DNA of 64,000 bases, taken from contig CAWIXM010000045.1 of assembly GCA_963840055.1 (NCBI GenBank), positions 79,971-143,970 of the forward strand. Direction: 5' to 3'. A model generated the notes under the pieces. It searched no databases, had not been told where the DNA came from, and worked only from the letters and a program-made list of their open reading frames with translations. This DNA is from an uncultured Alphaproteobacteria bacterium (GTDB taxonomy: Bacteria > Pseudomonadota > Alphaproteobacteria > Rhizobiales > Xanthobacteraceae). This document shows positions 38,401 through 46,495 of this stretch, piece after piece. How positions within the stretch are numbered: position 1 is the first letter of the stretch; every line of letters starts with the position of its first letter. The position numbers and the translations under genes are program-made.

Positions 38401-39995
38401 AGCAGTCGAAGCAGACCGGGATCGCGGCCGTCGCCGAGATTCTCGAGACGCACGGAATGCTGCGCTCCGACACGACCGCTTTGTTTGAGCGGCTGCGTGA
38501 GGCGAACGAGCTTATCCGAGAGGTTCTGAGCGGCGCGCAGGATAATCTCTTCGCGATCGAGCAAACCCTGTCTTCGCGCTTCAATCAGTTCCTCGAGTCG
38601 ATGAACCTGCTGCTGTCGCGCACGAGCTCGACGACGGACAAGGTCTCGGATGGCCTCGGGTCTTTCCAGGACATCACCGGCAAGGTGCTGAGTGAGCTCG
38701 GCGACGTCGCGATGCAGTTCGACCGTCATGGCCGTTTGCTCTCCGCCATGCTGGAACTGGTCGAAGGAACCAGCCGGCGTACCGAAGAAGCCGTAACCGA
38801 GCGGCAGCAGGAGCTCGACAACGCGGTCACCGCGCTCGATACCCGCACCGAGGCCATCGATCTGCGCCTGAAGCAGTTCTCCGGGCTGCTCGAGGAGTCG
38901 CTCGTCGCGGCGGAAGCCCGCGCGAACGACATCGTGCGCCTCGTGGCGGAGGTCAGCGCGCAGGGCGCCGACGTCATCGCCGATCACCATCAGCGGATCC
39001 GCGCCGCGTCCGACGAGGAGCGGCAACGCACGATGGAGACGCTGCACGGGGTCTATGAGCAGGCGTCGAACGAGACTCACGCGCTGTTCCAGCAAACCGC
39101 GAGCGAAGCAGAGGCCATGCTGCAGAGCGCGACCGATCGCTTCTCCGACGTATTGCAATCGGTGCGGCAGATGTCCGCCGCAATGCAGCGCGACCTGGAA
39201 GGCGCGCGCGAAGAGCTGCGCCGCGGCATTTTCCAGCTGCCGCAGGAGACCACCGACATCGTCGGCGAGTTACGGCGGGTGATCGTCGATCAGATCGAGG
39301 CGTTGGCGGAACTGAACCAGATCGTCGCCCGCCACGGCCGCAACATCGACGCCACGACGACCGAGCCGGCGCGGCGCATCTATCGCGAAGAACCCTTGCT
39401 CGCGAGCGTCAGCGGAGGACGGCATGAGGCCCCGCCGCCGCGGCAAATGCCGCCGGTGGAGCACCTCGAGCCTCCCGCCGCGCCGCCGCCGCCCCACCGC
39501 GCCGAAGCGCTTGCGCCGGAGAACGACAAGACCCGCGGCGGCTGGTTGTCCGACCTGTTGAGCCGCGCCTCTCGCGACAATGACGAGGAACCGGAGCCGG
39601 AGGAACAGCCGGCGCGTGGGGATGGGCATACGGATGAGCGTTTGGTGCGTCATACGATCGAGTCGCTCGATTCGCTCTCGGTCGACATCTCCCATATGAT
39701 CGATCACGATGCCGCCGCCGAGCTGTGGGACAGGTACAATCGCGGCGAACACAATGTCTTTACCCGGCAGCTCTACACCATTCAGGGTCAGAAGACCTTC
39801 GAGGAAATCCGCAGGCGGTATCACGCCGACCGCGATTTCAAGGATACCGTCGATCGCTATATCGATGAATTCGAGCAGCTGCTCGAACAGGTCTCACGCA
39901 ATGATCGCGGGCGGGCCGTCGCCAGCACCTACCTCACTTCGGAAACGGGCAAGGTGTACACGATGCTCGCCCATGCAGCGGGCCGGCTCGGATAG
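32469..39995 (+). CDS. giant (2,508 aa) membrane-anchored apolipoprotein-like repeat protein; growth-pole-ring (GPR)-like candidate
   Basis: This is a single open frame. Two N-terminal TM helices are followed by about 2,000 aa of Ala/Glu/Arg/Thr-rich helical repeats with 22/33/66/223-aa units, a Pro-rich linker and a unique C-terminal domain. A strong terminator lies at 40026. Confidence 0.85.
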   Translation: MANYPKKANDPTEVALSAIQEALNMRTSEETFEEPLPPDNRFDPQPTDAVQDEPHPRLPFKDELPPFPAPRSRGEEALRRAANDDRETIGQVLQSLQRRPTRTPYIVAALFAAAWAISALGVALGYWTELKSMFAQASVAVPLAVALLSGFAAPILFFFVLAHMVARSQELRYVAQAMARAAVRFVEPESIANDSIVTVGQAIRREVAAMGDGVERAVARAAELEALVSSEVAALERAYDDNEMRIRGLIDGIAQQRETLVGEAEQVRNAVSNVHVDLSHDIFTASEMISERVNELSQRITNALAEEVTLKTNQLSETIVEIAGNMQEMLASRVTRIADELSEKSLSLVEMMETRSREIVGTVLAQSDAVTNTLVDTSGRITETIASRVDEVNNTLKTTGDSIVLDLSLRGGDIVAKLEETGGRVTESLNARGGDYTQALTQNAAELVDAIQVRGDATREMLAERLAAFEAILTEGTAALTDRIGVRSDTAYDMLAERLATFEDILANGTNELADRLTSRGDAVRDMLAERLAAFEATLTEGTAALTDRVGARSDAAYGLLAERLATFEDILANGTNELADRLTSRGDAVRDMLAERLQTLEGIFAHGGGDFAERIDMLSERLKAFEEIFTKDGRELAERLGRDTTTLGSLITRHLSEFDRTVKIYGGELVERIDQRTQDINETMKAYVDGFDELIDAKTSEVGATLESQLVRFEDALDSRTHSIGATWAARVAEMSKSVGESSRDVVATLDRRINEITGIIASSGTNFVETIGARLVALDSSLGAHASDIADALDGRIARLEDLLINRAEALTTGIESRSQAAADLLFDRANSITRDIESRTQATADLLLGRANSVAAEIETSAKTATGNLLDRASSVVAEIETRTRTAADHLLGTASSVATSADQLLSRAETVAGDIEARNRAAGDQLLARAESIASEIENRTKAAAALAMENAGLIANDVDARAKAATDLLADRVGAVIASVEQSTGSAAETLAGRVTQLAAEIANRSDTSASLITSRFDEFARDVEVRSNTAASFLTQRLDSFGTDMQVKSDSAAGFLAERAETAARSIEERSHTAIEFFVTRLDTATDGAEQRSRSATEGLAGRLEQLSAAAATSASGAQQAMESLIARTTAAIDGSAEVCETRAGDIETLLRRLASEIENRTKAAAALAMENAGLIANDVDARTKTAADLLADRVGAVIASVEQSTGSAAETLAGRVTQLAAEIANRSDTSASLITSRFDEFARDVEVRSNTAASFLTQRLDSFGTDMQVKSDSAAGFLAERAETAARSIEERSHTAIEFFVTRLDTATDEAEQRSRSATEALAGRLEQLSAAAATSASGAQQAMESLIARTTAAIDGSAEVCETRAGDIETLLGRLLSDLGGTLKRDAAELQQLLTTASAEVSGALKQDVAEAERALGEFGSSLRMTFKQDAAEAEQLLGVVVGRLSGTMKQEAVDVERLLATISSGLREGIKQDTAAVKNMLTTLSTSVGDTLKRDAAEVERTLTTLSSGMSGTLRQDTAEVERMLTALSSGMSGTLKQDAAEVERMLTTFGGMSDTLKQDAAEVERMLNAASSDMGSALKQNSADVERLLAAMSAGMSSMIKKDAAEVERTFAELSTRMNETLRHDAAQIERMLETLFTAMSGSLKHDAAEVERLITSVSSGMSNLLKEDAAEANRVLSALSAHMSEMLKHDTTALEQTLAAAAANASGSVRQNATDVEQSLRELSADVARNFVGKADEIVAAVENRCADLNRILDEKSNSLINALTVKGSEFTDGMTRITDEAVKSIETKGFAFTQTMVDNSNELTRLITEASVTATGAVTRNLKELQDTSRSSIGESAAALTKRMQDWQETTRTTVAQSSANLTQTLHELHETVRASADQAIATLTQKAQELQETTHTSVTQSTALLTQKVHELRDTAHTAVTHSTADLSQRTHELQQVTRQMVEESVTAITQRMEELQQSTQGAVEQSKQTGIAAVAEILETHGMLRSDTTALFERLREANELIREVLSGAQDNLFAIEQTLSSRFNQFLESMNLLLSRTSSTTDKVSDGLGSFQDITGKVLSELGDVAMQFDRHGRLLSAMLELVEGTSRRTEEAVTERQQELDNAVTALDTRTEAIDLRLKQFSGLLEESLVAAEARANDIVRLVAEVSAQGADVIADHHQRIRAASDEERQRTMETLHGVYEQASNETHALFQQTASEAEAMLQSATDRFSDVLQSVRQMSAAMQRDLEGAREELRRGIFQLPQETTDIVGELRRVIVDQIEALAELNQIVARHGRNIDATTTEPARRIYREEPLLASVSGGRHEAPPPRQMPPVEHLEPPAAPPPPHRAEALAPENDKTRGGWLSDLLSRASRDNDEEPEPEEQPARGDGHTDERLVRHTIESLDSLSVDISHMIDHDAAAELWDRYNRGEHNVFTRQLYTIQGQKTFEEIRRRYHADRDFKDTVDRYIDEFEQLLEQVSRNDRGRAVASTYLTSETGKVYTMLAHAAGRLG
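33831..34290 (+). repeat. in-frame 198-bp (66-aa, 2 x 33 aa) tandem units within the giant gene
   Basis: Units start at 33831, 34029 and 34227 (GDAxRxMLAERLAAFEAxLTEGTAALTDR.G.RSD.AY..LAERLATFEDILANGTNELADRLTSR). Units 1 and 2 share a stretch of more than 100 bp that is nearly identical. Confidence 0.85.
35280..36617 (+). repeat. near-identical in-frame 669-bp tandem duplication within the giant gene
   Basis: 35280..35948 and 35949..36617 each encode 223 aa (ASEIENRTKAAAALAMENAGLIANDVDAR...AGDIETLL.RL). I saw about ten nucleotide differences by eye. Confidence 0.9.
36639..37691 (+). repeat. sixteen in-frame 66-bp (22-aa) tandem repeats within the giant gene
   Basis: The units have the form LK.DAAEVER.L...SSGMSGT. 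One unit is 21 aa, and the total of 351 codons fits exactly. Confidence 0.9.
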
Positions 39996-40025
39996 CGACG
40001 GCAGGAAACCCGATAACTTGCGATG

Positions 40026-40053
40026 GGGCGCGCCAGCATGGCGCGCCCTTTTT
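40026..40053 (+). terminator. rho-independent terminator of the giant gene
   Basis: 9-bp G/C stem GGGCGCGCC / GGCGCGCCC with loop AGCAT, followed by TTTTT. Confidence 0.8.
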
Positions 40054-40074
40054 CGTTGGCGCGAAGTCGGGCGG

Positions 40075-40929
40075 TTAACGTCGTCGCAAATACCGGCCGC
40101 CCGCCGGCCGCGCCGGCGCGCCGCCGAACAAGAGCCTGCTCGGATTCTGGTCGATATTCTTGACCGTCTCCTCGAGGGTCAGGATCGCCCGCCGGCCGTC
40201 AACCGCGAGCTTTTCCCATTCGCGCAGGCCCGAATTACTGAACCGCGCCAGGCCGGTCGACACTTCGGAGACGTTCTTGTCGAGATTGTCGGCGAGCGAA
40301 CGCACCGAACGCGCGGCTTCGGCGATATCGTTTAGCTTCGCGTCCGCTCCGCTGACCACGCCGTCGGCGTTGGCGATGATGCGCTCGATGCGGTCCGCAT
40401 TGTTCGCGAGCGTCCCGGTGAACACTTCCAAGTTCTTGAGCGAAGTGCGCACGGAGGTTTCGTTCTCGGTTACGACCGTATCCAGCCGCCGCAGCACGCT
40501 GCGGGCCGCCGAACTCAGGTCCTGGGTTGAGGCGAGATCAGCGTGCAAGATCGGCGGATCGAGCACCGGCGAGGTCGCCGAGCCGCCGCGCAGCGCGATG
40601 GTGGCGAAGCCGGTCAAGCCCTGAAATTCCAGGCCGACGCCGGTGTCCTGGCGCAACACGACATCCTTATCGACGTAGATGACGGCGATCACCTGGCGCG
40701 GGGCGTCAGGATCGATCCGCAAGCTCGCCACCTCGCCCACCCGCAGTCCATTGAACAGCACCCAGCCGCCCGGCTTCAGTCCCGAGACCGTGCCGTCGAA
40801 CACGACTTCGTAACGCTTGCGCTCGGGCCCGCTGCTCGGGGAGTTGAACCAGTAGACGAAACCGAAACCGCCGGCGATCACCGCCAGCGCGAACAGGCCC
40901 ACCAGGATGTAGTTCGCTCTTGTTTCCAT
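40075..40929 (-). CDS. MlaD/MCE family protein (ABC transporter periplasmic component)
   Basis: An N-terminal anchor (METRANYILVGLFALAVIAGGFGFVYW) is followed by an MCE domain (VVFDGTVSGLKPGGWVLFNGLRVGEV). It is the last gene of a permease-ATPase-MCE operon. Confidence 0.85.
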   Translation of the reverse strand: METRANYILVGLFALAVIAGGFGFVYWFNSPSSGPERKRYEVVFDGTVSGLKPGGWVLFNGLRVGEVASLRIDPDAPRQVIAVIYVDKDVVLRQDTGVGLEFQGLTGFATIALRGGSATSPVLDPPILHADLASTQDLSSAARSVLRRLDTVVTENETSVRTSLKNLEVFTGTLANNADRIERIIANADGVVSGADAKLNDIAEAARSVRSLADNLDKNVSEVSTGLARFSNSGLREWEKLAVDGRRAILTLEETVKNIDQNPSRLLFGGAPARPAGGRYLRRR

Positions 40930-40947
40930 GCGCCTGGTCCCCTCGCC

Positions 40948-41736
40948 TCAGGCTATCCGGGCTGCGCCGTTTGCGCGCGAACGCTTGCCGCGGAAATACG
41001 CCTTCACCCAGGGATGGTCGGATGCGAGCATGGCCGCCATCGGCCCGGCGGTTATCACCTTGCAATCCGCCAACACGGCGATCCGGTCGCAGACCGAATG
41101 CAGGCTATCGAGATCGTGGGTTACCATGAAAACGGTTAATCCCAAAGTCTGTTGTAACGTCTTGATCAGAAGGTCGAATTCGCCTGCGCCGATGGGGTCG
41201 AGTCCGGAGGTCGGTTCGTCCAGAAACACGATCTCCGGGTCGAGCGCCAAGGCTCGCGCGAGCGCGACGCGTTTGATCATGCCACCAGATAATTCCGCCG
41301 GATATTTGTCGCCGACATCGGGCGTCAGCCCGACCATTTCGAGCTTGGCGGCCGCAATTTCGTCCATCAGCCGGCGCGACAGGCGCAGATGCTCGCGCAT
41401 CGGGAACTGCACGTTCTGGCGCACGGTCAGCGAGGAGAACAACGCGCCCTGTTGAAACAGCACGCCCCAGCGCCGTTCGAGCGCGCGGCGGGCATCCTCG
41501 CTCAGCCCGTCGAGGTCGATCCCGAACACGGCCACCCGTCCGGCGCGGCGCGGCAACAGGCCGATGATCGTGCGCATCAGCACCGACTTGCCGACGCCGG
41601 AGGCGCCGACGAAGCCGAGGATCTCGCCCCGCAATACATCAAGTGAGACGCCGTCGAGCACAATCGCCTCGCCGAAGCCGACGATGAGGTCGCGGACCTT
41701 GATCACCGCTTCGTTGCCCGCCGCCGCCATGCTCAC
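40948..41736 (-). CDS. ABC transporter ATP-binding protein (MlaF-like)
   Basis: Walker A GASGVGKS, signature LSGGMIKRVALARA and Walker B IVFLDEPTSGLD are present. Confidence 0.9.
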   Translation of the reverse strand: MSMAAAGNEAVIKVRDLIVGFGEAIVLDGVSLDVLRGEILGFVGASGVGKSVLMRTIIGLLPRRAGRVAVFGIDLDGLSEDARRALERRWGVLFQQGALFSSLTVRQNVQFPMREHLRLSRRLMDEIAAAKLEMVGLTPDVGDKYPAELSGGMIKRVALARALALDPEIVFLDEPTSGLDPIGAGEFDLLIKTLQQTLGLTVFMVTHDLDSLHSVCDRIAVLADCKVITAGPMAAMLASDHPWVKAYFRGKRSRANGAARIA

Positions 41737-42863
41737 ATTCCAACCGCGCCGAAGAACACGGCGAACAGCCCGTCGAGCACGACGACGAGGAAAATCGATT
41801 TTACCACCGAAGCCGTCGTGTGCAGCCCGAGCGATTCGGCGCTCCCTTCCACGCTCAGCCCTTCGACGCAGGCGACAATTCCGATCGTGAGCGCGATGAA
41901 CGGCGCTTTCACGATGCCGACGACGAAATCATCGACCGAGATCGCGTCGCGCAGCCGAGACAGAAAGATTTCCGGGCTCATGCCCGCTGTAAGCCAGCAA
42001 ACCAGAAACGCCCCGAACAGCGCCGTTATAGCCCCGATGAAAGCGAGCGCCGGCAGCGCAACCACCAGCGCGACGACACGCGGCAGGATCAGGATTTCCA
42101 TCGGGTCGAACCCCATGGTGCGCAGCGCGTCGATCTCCTCGCGCATTTTCATCGAACCGAGTTCGGCGGTGTAGGAGCTGGCGGAGCGCCCAGCGACCAT
42201 CATCGACACCATGACCACGCCCAGCTCCCGCAACACCAAAATGCCGACCATGTCGATCACATAGATTTCGATGCCGAAGCGGCGGAAATGGAATAGGCCT
42301 TGCTGCGCGATGATCCCGCCGAGCAGCAAGGTGATCAAAAAGATGATCGGCACTGCGCGAAGGCCGACGCGGTCGAGATGATGGATCATCGAGGTGAAGC
42401 GGAACGTCCATGGCCGCATCAGGCACCGCGCGCCGGCGATGGAGACGGCTCCCAGCATCTGGATGATCTGGAGAAGATCGTAGCCCAGCGCCAGCGCGCC
42501 GCGCCGGAACGCGCTCAATAAAGTCGCGAACATGGGGCTGCGGGCCGATGACGCTTCGGCACGATTGACGTGTTGCGCCTCGGCGATGAGTTCGCGGTAG
42601 CGCTCGGGCAGATCGACCACTTTGGTCTCGCGTCCGACCGCCGCAAATCCGCGCACCAGCCGTTCCAGCAGCCAAGCGCCGAAGGTATCGAGCCGCTCCA
42701 CCCGGCCCATATCGATATTGACGGCGGTCGCTTGCAGCGAGCGTTGGATCGCACCTTCGACGAGCCGCTCAAGATCGTTGGCGTGATCGGCGGTCCATGC
42801 GCCGCCGGCGGCGAGCGCAAGCCGCCCGTCTTTCACGCTGACTTCCAACAAGGAGCTGTCCAC
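41733..42863 (-). CDS. MlaE family ABC permease with N-terminal STAS-like domain
   Basis: An N-terminal region of about 110 aa resembles an anti-sigma-antagonist domain. A permease core with five hydrophobic segments follows. The stop overlaps the ATPase start by 4 nt. Confidence 0.85.
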   Translation of the reverse strand: MDSSLLEVSVKDGRLALAAGGAWTADHANDLERLVEGAIQRSLQATAVNIDMGRVERLDTFGAWLLERLVRGFAAVGRETKVVDLPERYRELIAEAQHVNRAEASSARSPMFATLLSAFRRGALALGYDLLQIIQMLGAVSIAGARCLMRPWTFRFTSMIHHLDRVGLRAVPIIFLITLLLGGIIAQQGLFHFRRFGIEIYVIDMVGILVLRELGVVMVSMMVAGRSASSYTAELGSMKMREEIDALRTMGFDPMEILILPRVVALVVALPALAFIGAITALFGAFLVCWLTAGMSPEIFLSRLRDAISVDDFVVGIVKAPFIALTIGIVACVEGLSVEGSAESLGLHTTASVVKSIFLVVVLDGLFAVFFGAVGM

Positions 42864-42985
42864 CGCGCCCTTTCCCTCCTGCCGCCATCGGCCTTGCGCC
42901 GCGTAGAAGGCCTCAGCCGGATACTTGACTCGGGCGCGACGGCCTGTCGAGGTCGTCCCGTCCCGTCCACCTCATCGCCGCGCCG

Positions 42986-43969
42986 ATGCCGATCCGCCTG
43001 TCCGTCACCGCCGAGCGCTGGCCGATTGCCGGCTCGTTCACGATCAGCCGCGGCGCCAAGACCGAAGCGGAGGTCGTCGTGGCGACGCTTGCCGACGGCG
43101 ACCACATTGGGCGCGGCGAGTGCGTGCCCTATGCCCGCTATGGAGAAACGGTTGACGGGGTGATTGCGGCAATCGCGAGGCTTGCGCCGAACCTCGCGGG
43201 TGGGCTCGACCGCAACGATCTCGCCGCATCGCTCCCGGCGGGAGCCGCGCGCAACGCGCTTGATTGCGCGTTATGGGACATCGCGGCCAAGCGCAGCGGC
43301 ACCCCCGCCCATGCATTGGCCGGCCTGCCGCCACCAGGTCCGCTGGTGACCGCCTATACGATTTCGCTCGCAACCCCGGAGGCGATGGCCGACGCCGCAG
43401 CGGCGGCCTCGGCGCGTCCCTTGCTCAAAGTGAAGCTGGGCGCGCCGGGCGACCCCGCGCGCATCGCCGCCGTCCGCAAGGCTGCGCCAAACAGCGAGCT
43501 CATCGTCGACGCCAACGAAGGCTGGAACGCGGCCAATCTGATGGACAATTTCGCCGCATGCGCAGAGGCCGGCGTCCACCTCGTCGAGCAGCCGCTTCCC
43601 GCCCGCGACGACGCAGCGCTTGCCTCCATTCCGCACGTAGTCCCGATTTGCGCCGATGAAAGCGTGCATGATCGCGCTTCGCTCGCGGACCTGCGCGGAC
43701 GCTACGATACGGTCAACATCAAACTCGACAAGGCCGGCGGGCTGACCGAAGCGCTTGCGGTCGCTGCGGCGGCGCGCTCGCTGGGCTTCGACATCATGGT
43801 CGGCTGCATGGTCTCCACCTCGCTCGCCATCGCGCCCGCGCTTCTGGTCGCCCAACGCGCGCGCTATGTCGACCTCGACGGCCCGCTCCTGCTCGCGCGC
43901 GACCGCCCGGATGGCCTGCGTTTCGATGGCAGCATCGTGCATCCCGCTTCGCCAGCGCTGTGGGGCTGA
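42986..43969 (+). CDS. dipeptide epimerase (enolase superfamily, L-Ala-D/L-Glu epimerase-like)
   Basis: Contains FTISRGAKTEAEVVVATL.DGDHIGRGECVPYARYGE, KVKLG, DANEGW and DESV, which are typical of the muconate-lactonising/epimerase subgroup. Confidence 0.8.
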   Translation: MPIRLSVTAERWPIAGSFTISRGAKTEAEVVVATLADGDHIGRGECVPYARYGETVDGVIAAIARLAPNLAGGLDRNDLAASLPAGAARNALDCALWDIAAKRSGTPAHALAGLPPPGPLVTAYTISLATPEAMADAAAAASARPLLKVKLGAPGDPARIAAVRKAAPNSELIVDANEGWNAANLMDNFAACAEAGVHLVEQPLPARDDAALASIPHVVPICADESVHDRASLADLRGRYDTVNIKLDKAGGLTEALAVAAAARSLGFDIMVGCMVSTSLAIAPALLVAQRARYVDLDGPLLLARDRPDGLRFDGSIVHPASPALWG

Positions 43970-44012
43970 GGCAAAGCCGCTCGGCGCGCCGCCTCCAGGC
44001 ATTGCCCTCGCT

Positions 44013-44139
44013 AGAGCGAATTCCGTTCCGGTGGAATCGGAATTCGCTCTCATTATCCTTTAATGGTCGCATTTTCTGCGGCGAACCGGTTCCCACCCCG
44101 GATCAAGTCCGGGGCAGGCTTCGCCGGAAAATGCTCTAG
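44013..44139 (+). repeat. MITE-like palindromic element, copy C (full length)
   Basis: Collinear with copy A. The ends CTAGAGCGAATTCCG and, on the reverse complement, CTAGAGCATTTTCCG form an imperfect terminal inverted repeat matching at 12 of 15 positions. TA/CTAG is present at both junctions. Confidence 0.85.
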
Positions 44140-45302
44140 ACGCGGCCCAGCCGCCGCGCGACCGCGATGATCGCCGCGCCGGCAAGCGCCGAAGCGGCCA
44201 TTGCGAGGTAGGCGTAGGCGCCGAACTGCCCGACCAGCACGCCCGCCAGCCCCATCTCCGCCGCAAACACGACCGCGACGACGGTGGAGTAATCGCCTTG
44301 CGCGGTTGCCCCTTGTCGCTCGGCGGCAAAGCCGGCGAGGAAATGCATCGCACCGAGATGCGTCGCGCCGAACGACAATCCGTGCAGACATTGCAGCATC
44401 GGCAAGAACAACGCTGGGGGATCGAACGCCATCGCCGTCCAACGCAGGATTGCGCCGATCGCTCCTAGTCCGATCAAGTCGATCGGACGCAGCCAGGTCA
44501 TGACCCGGCGGGAAACCGCGAACAACCCGATCTCGGCCACGACGCCAATTGCCCACAGCGCGCCGATGGCGGGGCCATCGAGGCCCTTCGCCTCCCATTG
44601 CAGGCTCGCGAAGCCGTACAGCACCGCGTGGCTTGCCTGAATGAGGCTGGTCGCCGCGACCACGGCGACGAAGACCGGCGATCGCCACAACGAAAGCGCG
44701 CTCTGATTCGACGCGGCAGGGTCGCGGCTGACCGGCGCGAGCGGCATAAGCATGGAGGCGCTCAGCGCGGTTGCCGCAATCGTCGCGACCAAGGCCCAGA
44801 TCACGTGGCTCGCGCCAACACGTTCAAGCACATACCCGCCGCCGAGATTGGCGGCGATGAAGGTGACCGAACCCCACAGCCGCACCGGACCGTAAGCGCG
44901 CTCGCGCACGGCGAGTCCGCGCAGCGCATAGGCGTCGGCGAGCGGCATAACCAGGGCCTGCGGCAGCGCGGAGATCGCAAAAGTGACAATGATCGCGGCA
45001 AAGCCGTCGCTCAGCGCAACCGCCACGAATGTGATGCAGGCCGCCCAGGCGGCGCCGACCAGCGGTCCTTTCGCCCAGCCGCGGCGATCGATGATCCGCA
45101 TCGCCCCAGGCACAATGACCGGCCGCGCCACCATGGCTGTCGCGAGCACAAGGCCGATTTCCTGAGCATTGAGGCCTTTCGCCTGGAGCCACACCGGCAG
45201 GTACGGTATTTGAATGCCGGCAAACGCAAAGATCGCCGCATAGAGCAGCGCCATGCGCAGAGCGAAGCCATCATCGCGCGGGCTCGGTCGGCGAAACGCC
45301 AT
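44136..45302 (-). CDS. MFS transporter (PPP/HcaT-like subfamily)
   Basis: The ATG at 45302 gives LRMALLYAAIFAFAGIQIPYLPVWLQAKGL and about 12 hydrophobic segments. The upstream part of listed ORF 44136..45563 has no support. Confidence 0.8.
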   Translation of the reverse strand: MAFRRPSPRDDGFALRMALLYAAIFAFAGIQIPYLPVWLQAKGLNAQEIGLVLATAMVARPVIVPGAMRIIDRRGWAKGPLVGAAWAACITFVAVALSDGFAAIIVTFAISALPQALVMPLADAYALRGLAVRERAYGPVRLWGSVTFIAANLGGGYVLERVGASHVIWALVATIAATALSASMLMPLAPVSRDPAASNQSALSLWRSPVFVAVVAATSLIQASHAVLYGFASLQWEAKGLDGPAIGALWAIGVVAEIGLFAVSRRVMTWLRPIDLIGLGAIGAILRWTAMAFDPPALFLPMLQCLHGLSFGATHLGAMHFLAGFAAERQGATAQGDYSTVVAVVFAAEMGLAGVLVGQFGAYAYLAMAASALAGAAIIAVARRLGRV

Positions 45303-45405
45303 GGGACGGATTGCGCGTTTTGTGTCGCCGTTATTGTCGCGGCCACGAGCAGCGGGACGCAGGCGACCGGGAAGAAGCCGAAGTGATGGGAGAAACGTAT
45401 AAGCC

Positions 45406-46407
45406 CTACGATACGAGCCGGGCAAACAGATCGGCGTCCACATTGCCGCCGGACAGAACCGCGACGGCGATCCTTCCCTCGACATTGACCTTGCCGGAGA
45501 GCAGCGCGGCCAGCGCAACGGCGCCGCCCGGCTCGACCACGAGCTTGAGCTCATGGAAGGCAAAGGCGACCGCGCGGGCGACCTCGGCTTCGCTTGCCAC
45601 GACGCCCTGCCCGACCAGCGTGCGGTTGATCTCGAAAGTAAGCATTCCGGGCGAGGGCGACATCAGCGCATCGCAAATCGATCCCGTGACCTGCGCGTTG
45701 CGCTCGCGCTGGCCGCTGCGGAACGAACGCGCGTGATCGTCGAAACCGGCCGGCTCCGCCGTATAGATCTGCGCCGACGGCTCGTGCGCCTTCACCGCGA
45801 GCGCGACGCCCGCGGTCAACCCGCCACCCGAGGCATTGACGATCACGACGTCGGGCGAAAGCCCGAGCGCCGCCAAATCCTCGACGATTTCGCGGCCTGC
45901 GGTCCCCTGCCCGGCGATGATCATCGGATCGTCATAGGGCGGCACGATCTCGGCGCGCCGCTGAGCGGCGATCTCGTGGGCGATCGCTTCGCGGTCCCCA
46001 TGCTCCCGGTCGCACAACACGATTTCCGCGCCGAGCGCGGCGGTGCGCGCGAGCTTGCTCGCCGGCGCATCGCGCGGCATCACGATCACCGCCGGCATGT
46101 GGAGAAGCGCAGCCGCCGCGGCGACCCCCTGGGCGTGATTGCCCGACGAATAGGCGACGACGCCACAGGCGCGCCGCGCCGGAGCGATGGTGCTGAGCTT
46201 GTTGTAGGCGCCGCGGAACTTGAACGAGCCGGTCCGCTGCAACATCTCGGCCTTGAGAAACACCTGGCCGCCGGTCAATTCGTCGAGCACGCCGGAAGAG
46301 ACGAGCGGTGTGCGGGTGGCGATGCCGGCGAGCCGTTCGGCAGCCTTGTCCACGTCGGCCGCGGTCGGCAGCACGGGCGCGCGTCCGGCGGAGTCGGATG
46401 TGGTCAT
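45406..46407 (-). CDS. PLP-dependent threonine/serine dehydratase family protein (threo-3-hydroxyaspartate ammonia-lyase-like)
   Basis: The PLP-lysine motif is QRTGSFKFRGAYNK, and the glycine loop is ASGGGLTAG. Length is 333 aa. Confidence 0.85.
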   Translation of the reverse strand: MTTSDSAGRAPVLPTAADVDKAAERLAGIATRTPLVSSGVLDELTGGQVFLKAEMLQRTGSFKFRGAYNKLSTIAPARRACGVVAYSSGNHAQGVAAAAALLHMPAVIVMPRDAPASKLARTAALGAEIVLCDREHGDREAIAHEIAAQRRAEIVPPYDDPMIIAGQGTAGREIVEDLAALGLSPDVVIVNASGGGLTAGVALAVKAHEPSAQIYTAEPAGFDDHARSFRSGQRERNAQVTGSICDALMSPSPGMLTFEINRTLVGQGVVASEAEVARAVAFAFHELKLVVEPGGAVALAALLSGKVNVEGRIAVAVLSGGNVDADLFARLVS

Positions 46408-46495
46408 GCGCGAAGCCTAGACTCGCGAGGCGCGGCTCTGCAAGGGCTGCACTTTGGTGTAAACCGGTCATGGGCCAGTCCATTGGGGTGGCAGA

